Program-made: the position numbers and the translations under genes
Notes under the pieces: generated by a model
The model's input: only the letters and a program-made list of their open reading frames with translations
Told to the model about the DNA's origin: nothing
Databases searched by the model: none
Source of the DNA: Phoronis australis
Lineage: Eukaryota; Animalia; Phoronida
Direction of reading: 5' to 3'
DNA: 64,000 nucleotides
NCBI GenBank assembly: GCA_002633005.1
Contig: NMRA01000758.1
Location: 100,032-164,031, forward strand
Shown here: one piece after another, positions 24,601 to 36,600 of the stretch
Position numbering within the stretch: position 1 is the first letter of the stretch
Layout: each line of letters opens with the position of its first letter

Positions 24601-27600
24601 TTTGAATATGTAACATGTAAGAAGAAGAAATGAAATAAAGTGCAATAAATACAAGGGGAAAATATTATTAAAATGATTAAGTAAAATGAATTGAAAATGA
24701 CTTTAAGGAAAGGACGTTGCGGGTCAGTTTTAATGGAATAGTCAACAAATGTTGAATTTATAAAGAATAAAGCAGCATAGTTTCGTATCTTAAAATTCAG
24801 AAAACATTAACAGAATAAATACTTAAGTATTGAAACAGTTGCTAGGATGACAAAAATCCATAAAATTGTTCCTGAGTGACTGAAACTGTAAGAAACACGT
24901 ATTTCGATAAATGAAATGCTAAAAAGTGAAATACATAGACAGCAGTCGGTGAAGCAGCATAATTCTTAATAAAAATCTGCCATTTGAATTCAATGATGTC
25001 AGTATAAGATAAAACATAACACCCTATCTAGCATACCTGCGCTGTGTAGGCCATGTCAGAGACCAGAGAAAAGCTTTCGACATTTGCACGTGACACGTAC
25101 GTTTGTAGAAGGATGTTCACTTTACCGTACGTGTTCTCAGTGCCACCTGGTGCCGGCATTGGACACGAGTCCAGCAGGTGGTCATCTAACTCCTGCAGCT
25201 CTTCCTCACGCACCTGTCGAGGGAAAGTGAGATATGACCTGAGTAGAGTTAAGGCATGTGTCCATGAGATATGACCTGAGTAGAGTTAAGGCATGTGTCC
25301 ACGAGATATGACCTGAGTAGAGTTAAGGCATGTGTCCACGAGATATGATCTGAGTAGAGTTAAGGCATGTGTCCATGAGGCTGACAGGAATTATACGATA
25401 AAATACAACATTTCACAAGAACAGAAAGAGTACAGAAATTGTCCAACTATTCAAAACACAATATGCTAAATAAGAGGAATTTCAGCTTTGCCAATGTACA
25501 GATACAGAGTCATTAACAAATACAACTGTCTTAACTACACAGTACAGATAACATGAGTGGAACCTTACTGGCAAGTATTATATACTAAACTAAAATAGAT
25601 TTTAACACAGTAGAAAGCAGAAAGCCTTTGATTTTTTACCAATCTTTCATTAATTGGGTCACCATGTCTTTTTAGTAAAAGATAGCAAAACAATAGTTTC
25701 AATAACATGTAAATGTTCACAATGAGATCTGAAAAACGCTGTTACAGTTTTCTAAATCATCATCTTGTTTTCTGTTTGTGCACCTTTAATTTTTTTTCAT
25801 GAAAATCATAAGTCGCACTTGTATAGCCCTTCATGTAAAAGTGGAAAATTTCTAACGGCATCTTGGAGGAGAGTATCTGAAAGTTTCATGTGAATCCAAT
25901 CAGTTATTCCTGAGATATGATGTTCCCAAATTAATGATGTTCCCAAATTAATGATGTTCCCAAATTAATGATGTTCCCAAATTAGCCAAGGTTGGACATG
26001 TTTCTAGAGTTCTACATGACCTTAACACAATACAGACAGTGACGAGTTCAAGTACATGGCGACCAAACAAATCACACTCAAGAACGCAAAGTACCTTAAT
26101 TTGCTCAAACTCCGTCGATTGTGAGACCATGCCGAGTACATCACAGTCGTTCATGAGCGGTTTCAACAGTTCATTGATCACCTCCACTGTGTCGTACTTA
26201 ATGTAGAAGTGACTCGCTGTCCTACCAAGATCTGTGGCATGCAGGTAGCCTGTCCGCTCATCAAACCTTACCATGGCCGCCTTGTCCAGTTTACGAGCTG
26301 CACTGACGATCAAGTCACGGCGGTGCACCTCCAATGTAGGGTCGTCCTGAAATGGAAGTCACAAGATGCGATATAATCATTACTGATGACTTTAAAATCA
26401 TGACCACACCTAAGTTTACACCATAATCAAAAACGCACGTTTTGTGGCTAAAGAGACATGAGTGGATACCTGGAGTGCTGCGTAGTTGACCCCATACACC
26501 AGGGGGTTGCACCTCATCCTTACAAACAGGTAGGTGTAACTAAGCCAGCGAACAGCTTCCTCCACATTGGTTACGGTTCCTAACGCCACCTGTAATGAAA
26601 AGAAAGAAAAATAATGAAAAACAGATGTTTTGTGCGGAATACCTAAGTACAAAAATGTAACGCTACGTACGACCATGCACCAATCGATGCAGATTGACTA
26701 AAGCTATAAACAAATTAATTAATCACTCAAAAGATCTGAAAAAATACAAGATAATAAACATATTTCTAAGAAATCTAACACCTGACTTTTCAAGTTCTAA
26801 AACATTTCTCTTTACAATAATTAAACTGAGCTCTTCTTCATAACAGTTGGTTTTCCATCAGTCTGCTTGGTCTTACCTCAGCGTTCAAGTTGTCAGTCAT
26901 ACTGTTAATGAACTGGCTCTCAATAGGGTTCTGTCGTGTCATGAGTGACAGGTAGTGAGACAGCTTGTCATGTGTTGTGATGATGGTTCCGTGGCCGTAT
27001 TTATCAAACTGGGGACGACCAGCTCGACCAAAGATCTGCATGACATCCAGGATACCAAGGTCAACAAAGGCACCATGCTTTGCATCGTAGATTTGAGTCC
27101 CCTGTCAAGTAAAGTAGTAAACTGAGCACTGAAAATGGACTCCTAGCGTAGCATAGCACCCTAGACGAATCCATGCACATGCAAAGTATGCAAGTCCTTG
27201 GGGACAACGTCACTGTTTTCTGGCCTTGCAGTTTCCCTGTGTACCAGTCTTACATGTAGGATCTGGGTACACTGTCAGGAAATACTGAACACTTGATTTT
27301 TGGTCAACTAACAATAGGTGTCAATAACATGAGATAGCCTCGGACTTCTGAACACTAACAGCTACACTCTGATTTGCAAGCATTTCTTACCTTGATAATG
27401 ACTGCATGGGCAGGCAGGTTGACACCCCAGGCCAGTGTAGCAGTGCACACAAGGCACTTGATGTATCCAGCTGCAAAGAACTTCTCCACTAGGTTGCGGT
27501 CTTGCCGTAGCATGCCAGCGTGGTGCGTGGCAAAGCCATCAGGAAACAGTTCTCTCAGGGGTTTGTTACGTGAACGCGCCATCTGGTGGGATTGGACAGA

Positions 27601-30600
27601 AGCTCAGTGCAGACGTTTACATTAACCCCACATATGAATGTGATTACTCATAACATTAATGTTATAGTCAAGTTTAAGCAGCATTTCGCCCGTTTAGCTG
27701 CCAACATTGATTTCTTAACTGAAGCCCTTTGGTGTTTGAAAAATAATCCCATTCATAAATCTTGACTTGTAGCCAAAGAGCTTGCCACCTAAGTCACAGG
27801 CAATGTGTACATGTACCACTTTTGAATCTGCAAATGAAGGGTTGGCCAACCCCAATAAACCCTGAAACATTTTCTTTGGTCACTGATGGTTTTGATGTTC
27901 TAGTTGGTAACAGAAATAAAATCCTATCTGGGTAATACGAGACCCAATTTTATGAGGGCAAAAGGCCTATCGCGAATTTCAATAGAATAAGCCAATGGGC
28001 GTGTATTCAAAAAATGAAAACTTTCAGGCGTTTTAGCAACACCAAATAAATGTCCGGGTATTTATTCGGAAAAGTGGGCATATCAACGAAAAGCCATATT
28101 TTTGCTTGACTTGAAACTCTTTTACTTAAAATTGCTTTTTAATTTTTTTTAATAAATGCATAGTTCGTCAACACCTTGTTCATTTTTATAAATGATAATG
28201 CTGAGTGAATTTGTGACAAAAAGTTGACGCTCAGTGGGCTTTTAAGAGGAAAATAGGAAAATTTCCAAATAAATGTCCCATTGTTTGGACACAAGACACC
28301 ACAAGTTGTAACACCAAATAAACGCCCATGGGCGTGTATTTGGCATAATTTTCCCAATAAACGCCCATGGGCTTTTCATCGGGTGGGCTAGAGGAAATGC
28401 AGCTTTAACTGTCATTCTTGACAACTTCAAGTGATGTATGATTGAATCCAAACAAACAAATCTTTGTGTTTAGTATGTACCAAATGTGTGACACCATTAG
28501 CAGTAATGAATCCTTACCTGTTTCAGTGCATCCCCATAGAAGGAGCTGGGTTCTGCCTGGAACAGCATGCTGTCCCCTTCATTCTTAGCCAGCTCTCGTA
28601 GACTCATAGCAGTACGCACCGTCTCATTCCTAGCATGCACAAACACCATGACCTGAAATATGAATATATAACTGCCTCATTTATCTATACAAGGAAAGAC
28701 GTCTTTGTCTGGTGGCTTGATACCAAATTCCCGACTGGCCAAAATCAATTTAAAAAAATCAACATTTTAATTACAAAAAACTTAATGAAATACACACATT
28801 TTAATTAGAAAATGATTCATGAAGTGCACAAATGATAAAAAAGGGTAAGTTGAGTCAAAAATGTAAAGTCCTCATGTTAAGGACATAACCAAACTTTATC
28901 AGTTGTTTAACACAAATAAAACAATTTATAAAAGGAAAAGTTAGATATCAATGAGTATGAATGTCATCTTAACACTTCTGACTTTATTTAGTTCAAGCAC
29001 AACAGCTTCACCTCCACAACAGTTTCATCTCTACCAAATTTATTGTCAAGTTAACAAATAGTATGGAACATGGCAAATATCCGCAAAATGTTACTACAAT
29101 GTTCAAACGTTCTATGTGATACTGCTCCTCTTCACACTAATAAAGTTTGGAAATTTTGGAATAAGTCAAATATCACTAATTATTCATGTTGACTGTGAAA
29201 AAAGTGCAGGTGGCCTGATGCCATTTGCAGTGCATCAGACATGTGCAGGCCTCATGGTTGGGCCCAGTGCACAAAACACTTGAGCTAAAGCACGAGAGCC
29301 CCATTACGGTTCTTCGTGAAGGAAGTTTTCAAGTCTGCCAGTCTCCTTTAAGAAAACGGACAGACGTGTCCATTTGTTGCCATGCACTATATGTTGAAGG
29401 CATGAAACAGTACCATCCAGTAGGTTACTCCTTAGCTTATAAAAAGCTGTGTTTAGGGTATTCTACATCAGTACCACACTTGGCACAAACTGAGCTCCCC
29501 ATATACCCCGTAATGTGTCTGTGCCGGGCTAGGTTACAATGGCCAGTCAAAATTTGAATGACGTGTCTTATGCCCAATCTATCTAGACTCAGAAGGTTTT
29601 TGGAACCTTTTGGTTTGATCACGTTGGGAAAATTCTCCTAGGTCTCTCTGCATTAGTTAAGTGATGCCCACTGGGCTGCTGACTGGGCATGTACCCAGTT
29701 GCGTATACTCATCCTGCAGCATCTGTAAGATACAGGGCTTGGAATGACAAATGGCGAAAAACATGGAAATTTTTACGGCCCGAAACATGCGCACAGCCAG
29801 CCTTGAAAAAGTCGGTGTGGACCTTTTGCCGACAAAAGTCTAGAGGACTAAAAAAAAAAAAAACGGTACCACCTCCGGAAGCGTGCGTCTGTCTTAGCTC
29901 GTCCGCCACTCCCACCTCCAAACATTTTTGGCTGCAGAGTCCCAGTATTTCTCACCGCAGTTTACAATCACACGAGCCGCTATTGAGGAAATCCACCACG
30001 CTATCCCAGATGCCCCGGCAATGTTGACAGTTTACGTTCCTCCGAAACATAAAGAGCAAAAGAGCAACTTCCACTTCTCGAGGTGAAAGTCGTCGGCAAC
30101 GTGCCGGTAAGAAAGAAATTTGCCGCAGAAATTTTATATCAAATCCGATTTTTTTTAACGTGGAAATATAATAAAATACGCGAACAGAACATTTGAAAAA
30201 AGTGGAAATCCGGGTTTCCGCGGAAAATTCCAAGCCCTGAAGATACCGTGATAGCAGGTTCGGGATCAAAATGCAGAACGCTTGCTCCTATCTTTGCGAG
30301 TCTGTCTGCATTCTCATTGCCATCAATTCCCATATGGGCCCTGACCCACGGTTCTTTCAATTGCAAGATTGTTAAGCTCATTAATACAAGCATTAAGACA
30401 ATGAGAGTTGACCGTTGGTTTCTTTAGGGCTTTTATTGCTGCCTGGCTATCTGAAAAGACGGTAATTGGCTGATTGCCCAGCTCGGTGTTGTATTGTTGT
30501 GCCAGTTGAGCAGCTGTATTAATTGCAGTGATCTCAGCCTGAAACACTGTAGCAAAATTGCCTAGCGATACCCAGTTTTATGCATCTGCAACAGGAAAGC

Positions 30601-33600
30601 TTGCAAAATAGACAACAGCACCTGTCTGGCCATTTTCCATTTTAGAGCCGTCCGTATACCAAACCACCTCATTCTTGTGTTCTGCGTTTCTGTGTGCAAC
30701 AGAATCAAGAATGTGAATATTCACCCATTGACCATTATATCTGAGATGAAGTGCAGCACATGCAGCTTCACCCTCAGTGAAGGTTTCCCTTTTGTTTTAT
30801 TGTTTATTACATTAAGTTGTTAACAACTAGGTTTATTTCTCACCCTGTTCTCACTACACAAAAACTTTAATATAGAAACAAGTCCTTGAAAACAAAAATA
30901 CCACTAAAGCACAACATTTTTCAGTGCATTACCTGTTCACCTCTCTTAACTTCATGTAGAACCTTCTCATAGCATATCTTGTTCATATCGTGAATTTGCT
31001 GAATCCTGTTAGGCGTCTTTACTCCTGCAACATAAAACATAAGCTGACAAACTGCTCACAACATATTCACAAGATAGTCATACAGTACGAGACAAAAGTA
31101 AACAAACAAAATACAGTTTTCCCATAATGACAGCTAATTCTGTTAACAACAAAAATGACTGAAAATAGATGTTACTACAGCAAAATGTTAATTACAGAAT
31201 GGCATAACCACCTTACTAACGTTCCTGTTATTTCTTCTTCATGATGGGTCACAAGAGGAAAGACTACTCTGACCATGAATTTGGTTTTCACATCTGAATG
31301 ACAGAGAGCTCTGTGTCATTTTGTCTGAAGACTTTTGGCATGTACTATATTTGACACACTTACTAGTAAGCTTTCAGTTTCTAATGGGTGTACTTGATCC
31401 TCTTTACCTGACAATGTAGTCCAACTTTATCAACTTATAGTGAGCAAGGCACTGGGTGCTGGCATAGAGGACCCCCAGAAACACTCAGAGTAAGTCTTAT
31501 TTATGTAAAAGTCCAACTTAATAAAAATGTTTGTTGCTGAAGATTCACTGCAATTGTTTATTATCTGACCGCAAGATGTCTTCTTTTTCTTCTTGTTATA
31601 CAAAGTACTGACAGGTGTTTTCAGCACCATTTTTCCACCAAGTGCTGAAGTGATGGGTCATGTTCCACTCTCAACTGAATATTGTCATGTCGAAAGGAGT
31701 CATATCAACATAATGTAACCTTCTGCACATTGCTTATAACTGTTGTACATAGGCGTAGTAATAGTGTATAGCATTTCATAGTGTGTACATAACATTAAAG
31801 CTGTGAAGAGAAAAGTCACGTTTATTGTTTATGATATTGTTTATAACTACATAATCTTCTACAATTAAATATTATTAACGAATTACTTGAGTAAGCGCTG
31901 TTAAAGGGAATTCGTACTTGCAGTTTCATTTTGTTTCTTTTCAGTTTACCTGCCATAATCGGTAAAAAAAATAAACAAGAACAGTAAATCCCGATTTTTT
32001 CTATGAGTCAGAGTAGACTGTCAAAATGCCATTGATGTATTCCAGCGGTAGTTCTTTAATATAAGAGATGCCCTGAAACTGCATGTTTATTTCGTTCAAA
32101 TCTTTCCTGATATCTCTGTCCAAATCATTATAACTAGAGATTAAAAATGCAGAATCAGTTCACATCCAACTATGTGAATTAACATCAAGCCCATAACCCT
32201 TACCTATGAAGGTCTGGCCAAGTGGTACTGGTCTGAACCTGCCATCAAAGAAGAACAGTCCCAAGTAAGGGTTGACGTGTAAGAACCTAGCCACATCCAG
32301 GTAGTTAGGTAGAGTGGCTGACAGACCAACAATACGGATCATGCTTTGAGAGCTCTCCACCTAGGCATCAAAGAGGAAACATAGATGTATTATAACCCAT
32401 TGGCTGCTACAGAGAGCATGGAAATTTTGGAATGGCTTCCATGTACTACATAGTCAATATTCAACGAATTTTATTTCCCCGTTATTAAAATAAATGGCAA
32501 GTGCCATATAGCTCTACTGAGGGATACCATGACAATTAGTGGGAGGAACTTATACCACTCATCCCAGGCTGCACTGCTATGCATGACCTCCAATAAAAAC
32601 ACTAACTATAACTGAGCAAAATCAATAAAACACAGCAAAACACAATCCTATCCTGTACTGTTCTCATTTACACCCAATATAAACAAACAGTTCCAACCAA
32701 TCATTCAGAACACAATTATCCCCAGACATTATTACCAGTCCTATCAACACCACTGTAGATAACCCTACTGTTAAGCCACTATTGCTCTATCCCACCTGTC
32801 TCAGGGTACGGGCGACCAGACTCTCGATGACAGACCCCCTGTCTTCATGCAGTAAGTGCACCTCATCTATAATCAGTAGTTTGACAAGCTGGGTGAGAGC
32901 AACATCACCAGTACTCTTGCGTGTCACTACATCCCACTTCTCTGGGGTCGTCACCAACATCTGAAACATAGGAACATAACTCCTCACATATGTGCACACT
33001 TATGATTACAACTAGTTTCGAAATAACTGCAAATGAATTTTACAAATAAAATGCTTTAATTTGTGTTTTTGAGGCTTATTTTCTTCATTCTAATGAGGAC
33101 CTTAAGGTAAATAGGAAAACTACTCTTTTCTCATACGTAAAATGTCCTCCGTCAATGGTTGACAAATGATTTCATTCAAACTATGGGCCTATCTTTCAGA
33201 GGACATTTGCAGAAATTTCTGGTGACCCAAGAAAGTTTTTTTTGACCGAAACATTTTCAGAACAGTACACAAATTGCACGATGTTGTAAATTTAAAATGT
33301 TTTGCTTGCATAAGTTATCTCAACGACAGTACGATAAGCTACAGTAAACAACAGTGCTGCCACCTGTGTCTTGAGTATCTCCTGCTTAGTCAGCTGCATA
33401 TCTCCAGTCAGCTCCTTCACTAGGATGCCAAGAGGTTCCAGGCGGCCACCAAAGTTCCGCACCATCTCCGCAGCTAGAGCTTTCATGGGAGCGACGTAGA
33501 TAATCTAAGGAGTGAGACAGACGGGGTGATCTCTTTACTCATCAATAAGCAATGACAGAATTACAATCAACTTCAATCATGATAGAGTGACAGTTGGCGG

Positions 33601-36600
33601 TATGTATTACAACAGGCAGGGCCTGGGAAACCATGGAGCCCAACCCCGACAGACAACAAAAATTAAAGTGCTACAAAAAGAAAACGAGTGTAAAATGCAG
33701 GATATAATGGAACACTTCACTCATAAACATTGAGCAGTCCAGCATCTACAGGAATGCAGAATGAATATAAAAGATATATTTACAAAATCACTGATACTAG
33801 AACCTATATAAAATCAAACATAAATTCTAAGAGTGTTTAGACATTGTGGAGGGACATTAGGTATATAAATAACAATGCTTTAAGTCGTGATTGTTTCACA
33901 GAAACTTGCTTTATTTAAAAGATTATGACTGACGTGCTCAGGTCATTACAAGAAAGACTTCCTTGTCACAGGTGATCCTGTGATTGATCAGCTCTCAACA
34001 ATTCTTCTTTCATAAAGTTTACATACCTTGAATTCATCTTTCTTTATAACCCCCTGAGAAAGGTGCTGTTTCAATTCATGTAAGATGGTCAACATAGCTA
34101 TGTTGGTTTTCCCTGCTCCAGTAGGGGCACTGATCAACAAGTTCTCATTGGTTTTAAAAGCTGTTTCGAAGACGACAGACTGTATCCGATTCAAAGACTT
34201 GGTGCCCTTGAATGCAATCTGGCTAATCTGAGAATACAAATTAATTTGCGACGTTCAACACTTTTTTAAAAAAGTTTCACTTAGCAGAAAACATTGACTT
34301 CTTCATACATATAAATAAAGCCAACCTTTTGTTGTTCTAGTCATATTCACAAAACATCAAATTGAAGTAGTTAATATTTTAATAGTAAACTAAAAGAAAA
34401 CCTATAATTCTAAATTTTTCAGCAGAAATCATAGACAGTTCACAAACAGTTCACCAGCAGTTTTGTGCCACATGCTACCCTTGCCTAGACACTTGTCTTT
34501 TCTCAGCTAGTCAGTGTTACGCTGTGTACAGCGACTGCTCCCCTACATCAAAACATTTCATGCCAATACCTTGAACTGTCAAAATCGGAATAATGTAAAA
34601 CCATTTACTCAAAGTCAAACTAATACCAGGGATGAACAAACCTCGTCCAATGATGATATGGAGACCAGCTTGTGGCCCACATCCACAGGGGCACCCTGTG
34701 TATGGGGCACTGTTACCTCTTCCTTAAACTTGTCCGAGCGACGCTCAGACCCCTCTGGTAACAGCATCTGCAACATAGTGACAATTTCTCCACAATCTTG
34801 GTAACCCTGCTCAACTTCATGAAAATAATTATTTTTATATTCCTGAGAGAGGGCAACGCATCAGTCTTTCAACTTTATATTAGAAAAGATGTGATGAGAT
34901 GACAGCTATGAATTAAAATGAAATTATTAAATTATAAAAGACAGTTTAACTGTCAGTACGTATTTCTAGCTGTAAGGGTGCAAGGTCAGATACTGCGCCA
35001 GTCAAAGCCCTATGTCTATGTGAGTTTTATTATGTGGTCTGTAATGGTCTTAAGGTCAGCTGTTAAATCATTGTCATATTGTTGCAGTAATGTATATAAC
35101 TCATTTCTGCACAAGAGAAATTTTAATTGACACATCCCACATTGTCCTTTTGGCTAACCACCATCACAGACTACATTATGTTATATTCAAGTTTTGTATA
35201 TACATGTAAGGCCTCACAAATGGCCAAAAGCTAACTTTTTTTATGAAAGATTTTTGTTACAAATTTGAAATTTTAAAAGCAGGGTGAACTCCAAATGAAA
35301 CAAAATGTCCTCAGACTGGACTTTAAAGAGGAAATTGCTGTTGCTTGGATACAAGAAAACAGGACTGAGTTCTGTAGACCTGAAATATTGGTTGTGCACT
35401 TGTGGTGAAAAACCTTCACTTATGGAATGAGACGGTGAATTTTATTCCATAATTTATGACTTAATCCCATAATTCACCAGTCCAACCACACCAAACAATC
35501 ACTTCCGTGGATGTCATCTTGCTGGGTTACACTAGTAACATCTCTAACATACACATGAAACACTCGCCCTTCACTTGTGATTTTGCTTAGTCTTGCGTGA
35601 TCTTGCTCTTCTCGCTAAGAAACCTGGTCTGCAGAACTCTACCCAGGCACTGCAACTAATACGTTTCCATAGAAACCAAACCATTCACACAGATCATGAA
35701 GTGATTACTAACCTTTGCACCCGAAACAAAAGCTGATGCTTGCTTTGCTTCAGCATACATGTCAAACACAAATGGGAACCTCTCTCGAGTGTAGGCCTCC
35801 CTGCCCCCACCACGACTAAACAACGGGGCGTTAGCAGCTGTTAACAGCGCTGCCTCCCTGTAAAGAAAACATTAGGGCAGTACTGGTATTGGTTTCAACA
35901 AACATACCAATTCATTGTATTGGCTGCAGGTTCACTTATAAGTAAAATATTAATTGTTTACCTGATTGGAACAATGCAACTATACAGATGTTCAAAATTT
36001 GCTTTAAATGATGTGTTTAGTCCCATCACTATAACACATTCCCAAAGCACGCGTGTATCATAGGCCAACGTGGCTACCATTGAAATTTCAAATCTTGGAT
36101 TTTATCATTCCCTTTCAAAGTTTCAGATTCTCCCCAAAGTCTCAAACACACCCCTCACTAACCTGTGAGCCCTCATCTGCTCGGGGTTAAACCCGATGGC
36201 CTGCATATAAGCTTCTTCTTCAGCACTCTGATTCTTCTTGCCAATTTTCTTATCTTCCTTCCTAAACTGCTTCCTCAGAAGTTGTTCTTGTTTAGACTTC
36301 AAGAAAAAATAAAGTAGAAGAAGAAGGCTCCAATGAAATAAACTCTGCTACTAGTAACTAAAACAGCTCTAGCTGTAGACACTTGTTCTGGGGAATCACT
36401 GCACCCTGCCGTATCTGGACCAAAGTAAACGCGAGATAACCAGACTTACTACGGGAATAACTGATCCTTCTGGATAGAGGGTTGAGGGTCATTATCAGAC
36501 AAGCCTTAGCAGTGGTGGCTGTGGATCCTATCTGTGGACAGCAACATGGCTAAAACGCTAAGCACAAAAATACTCCCTCCAAGTATTTCAAATACAGTTA

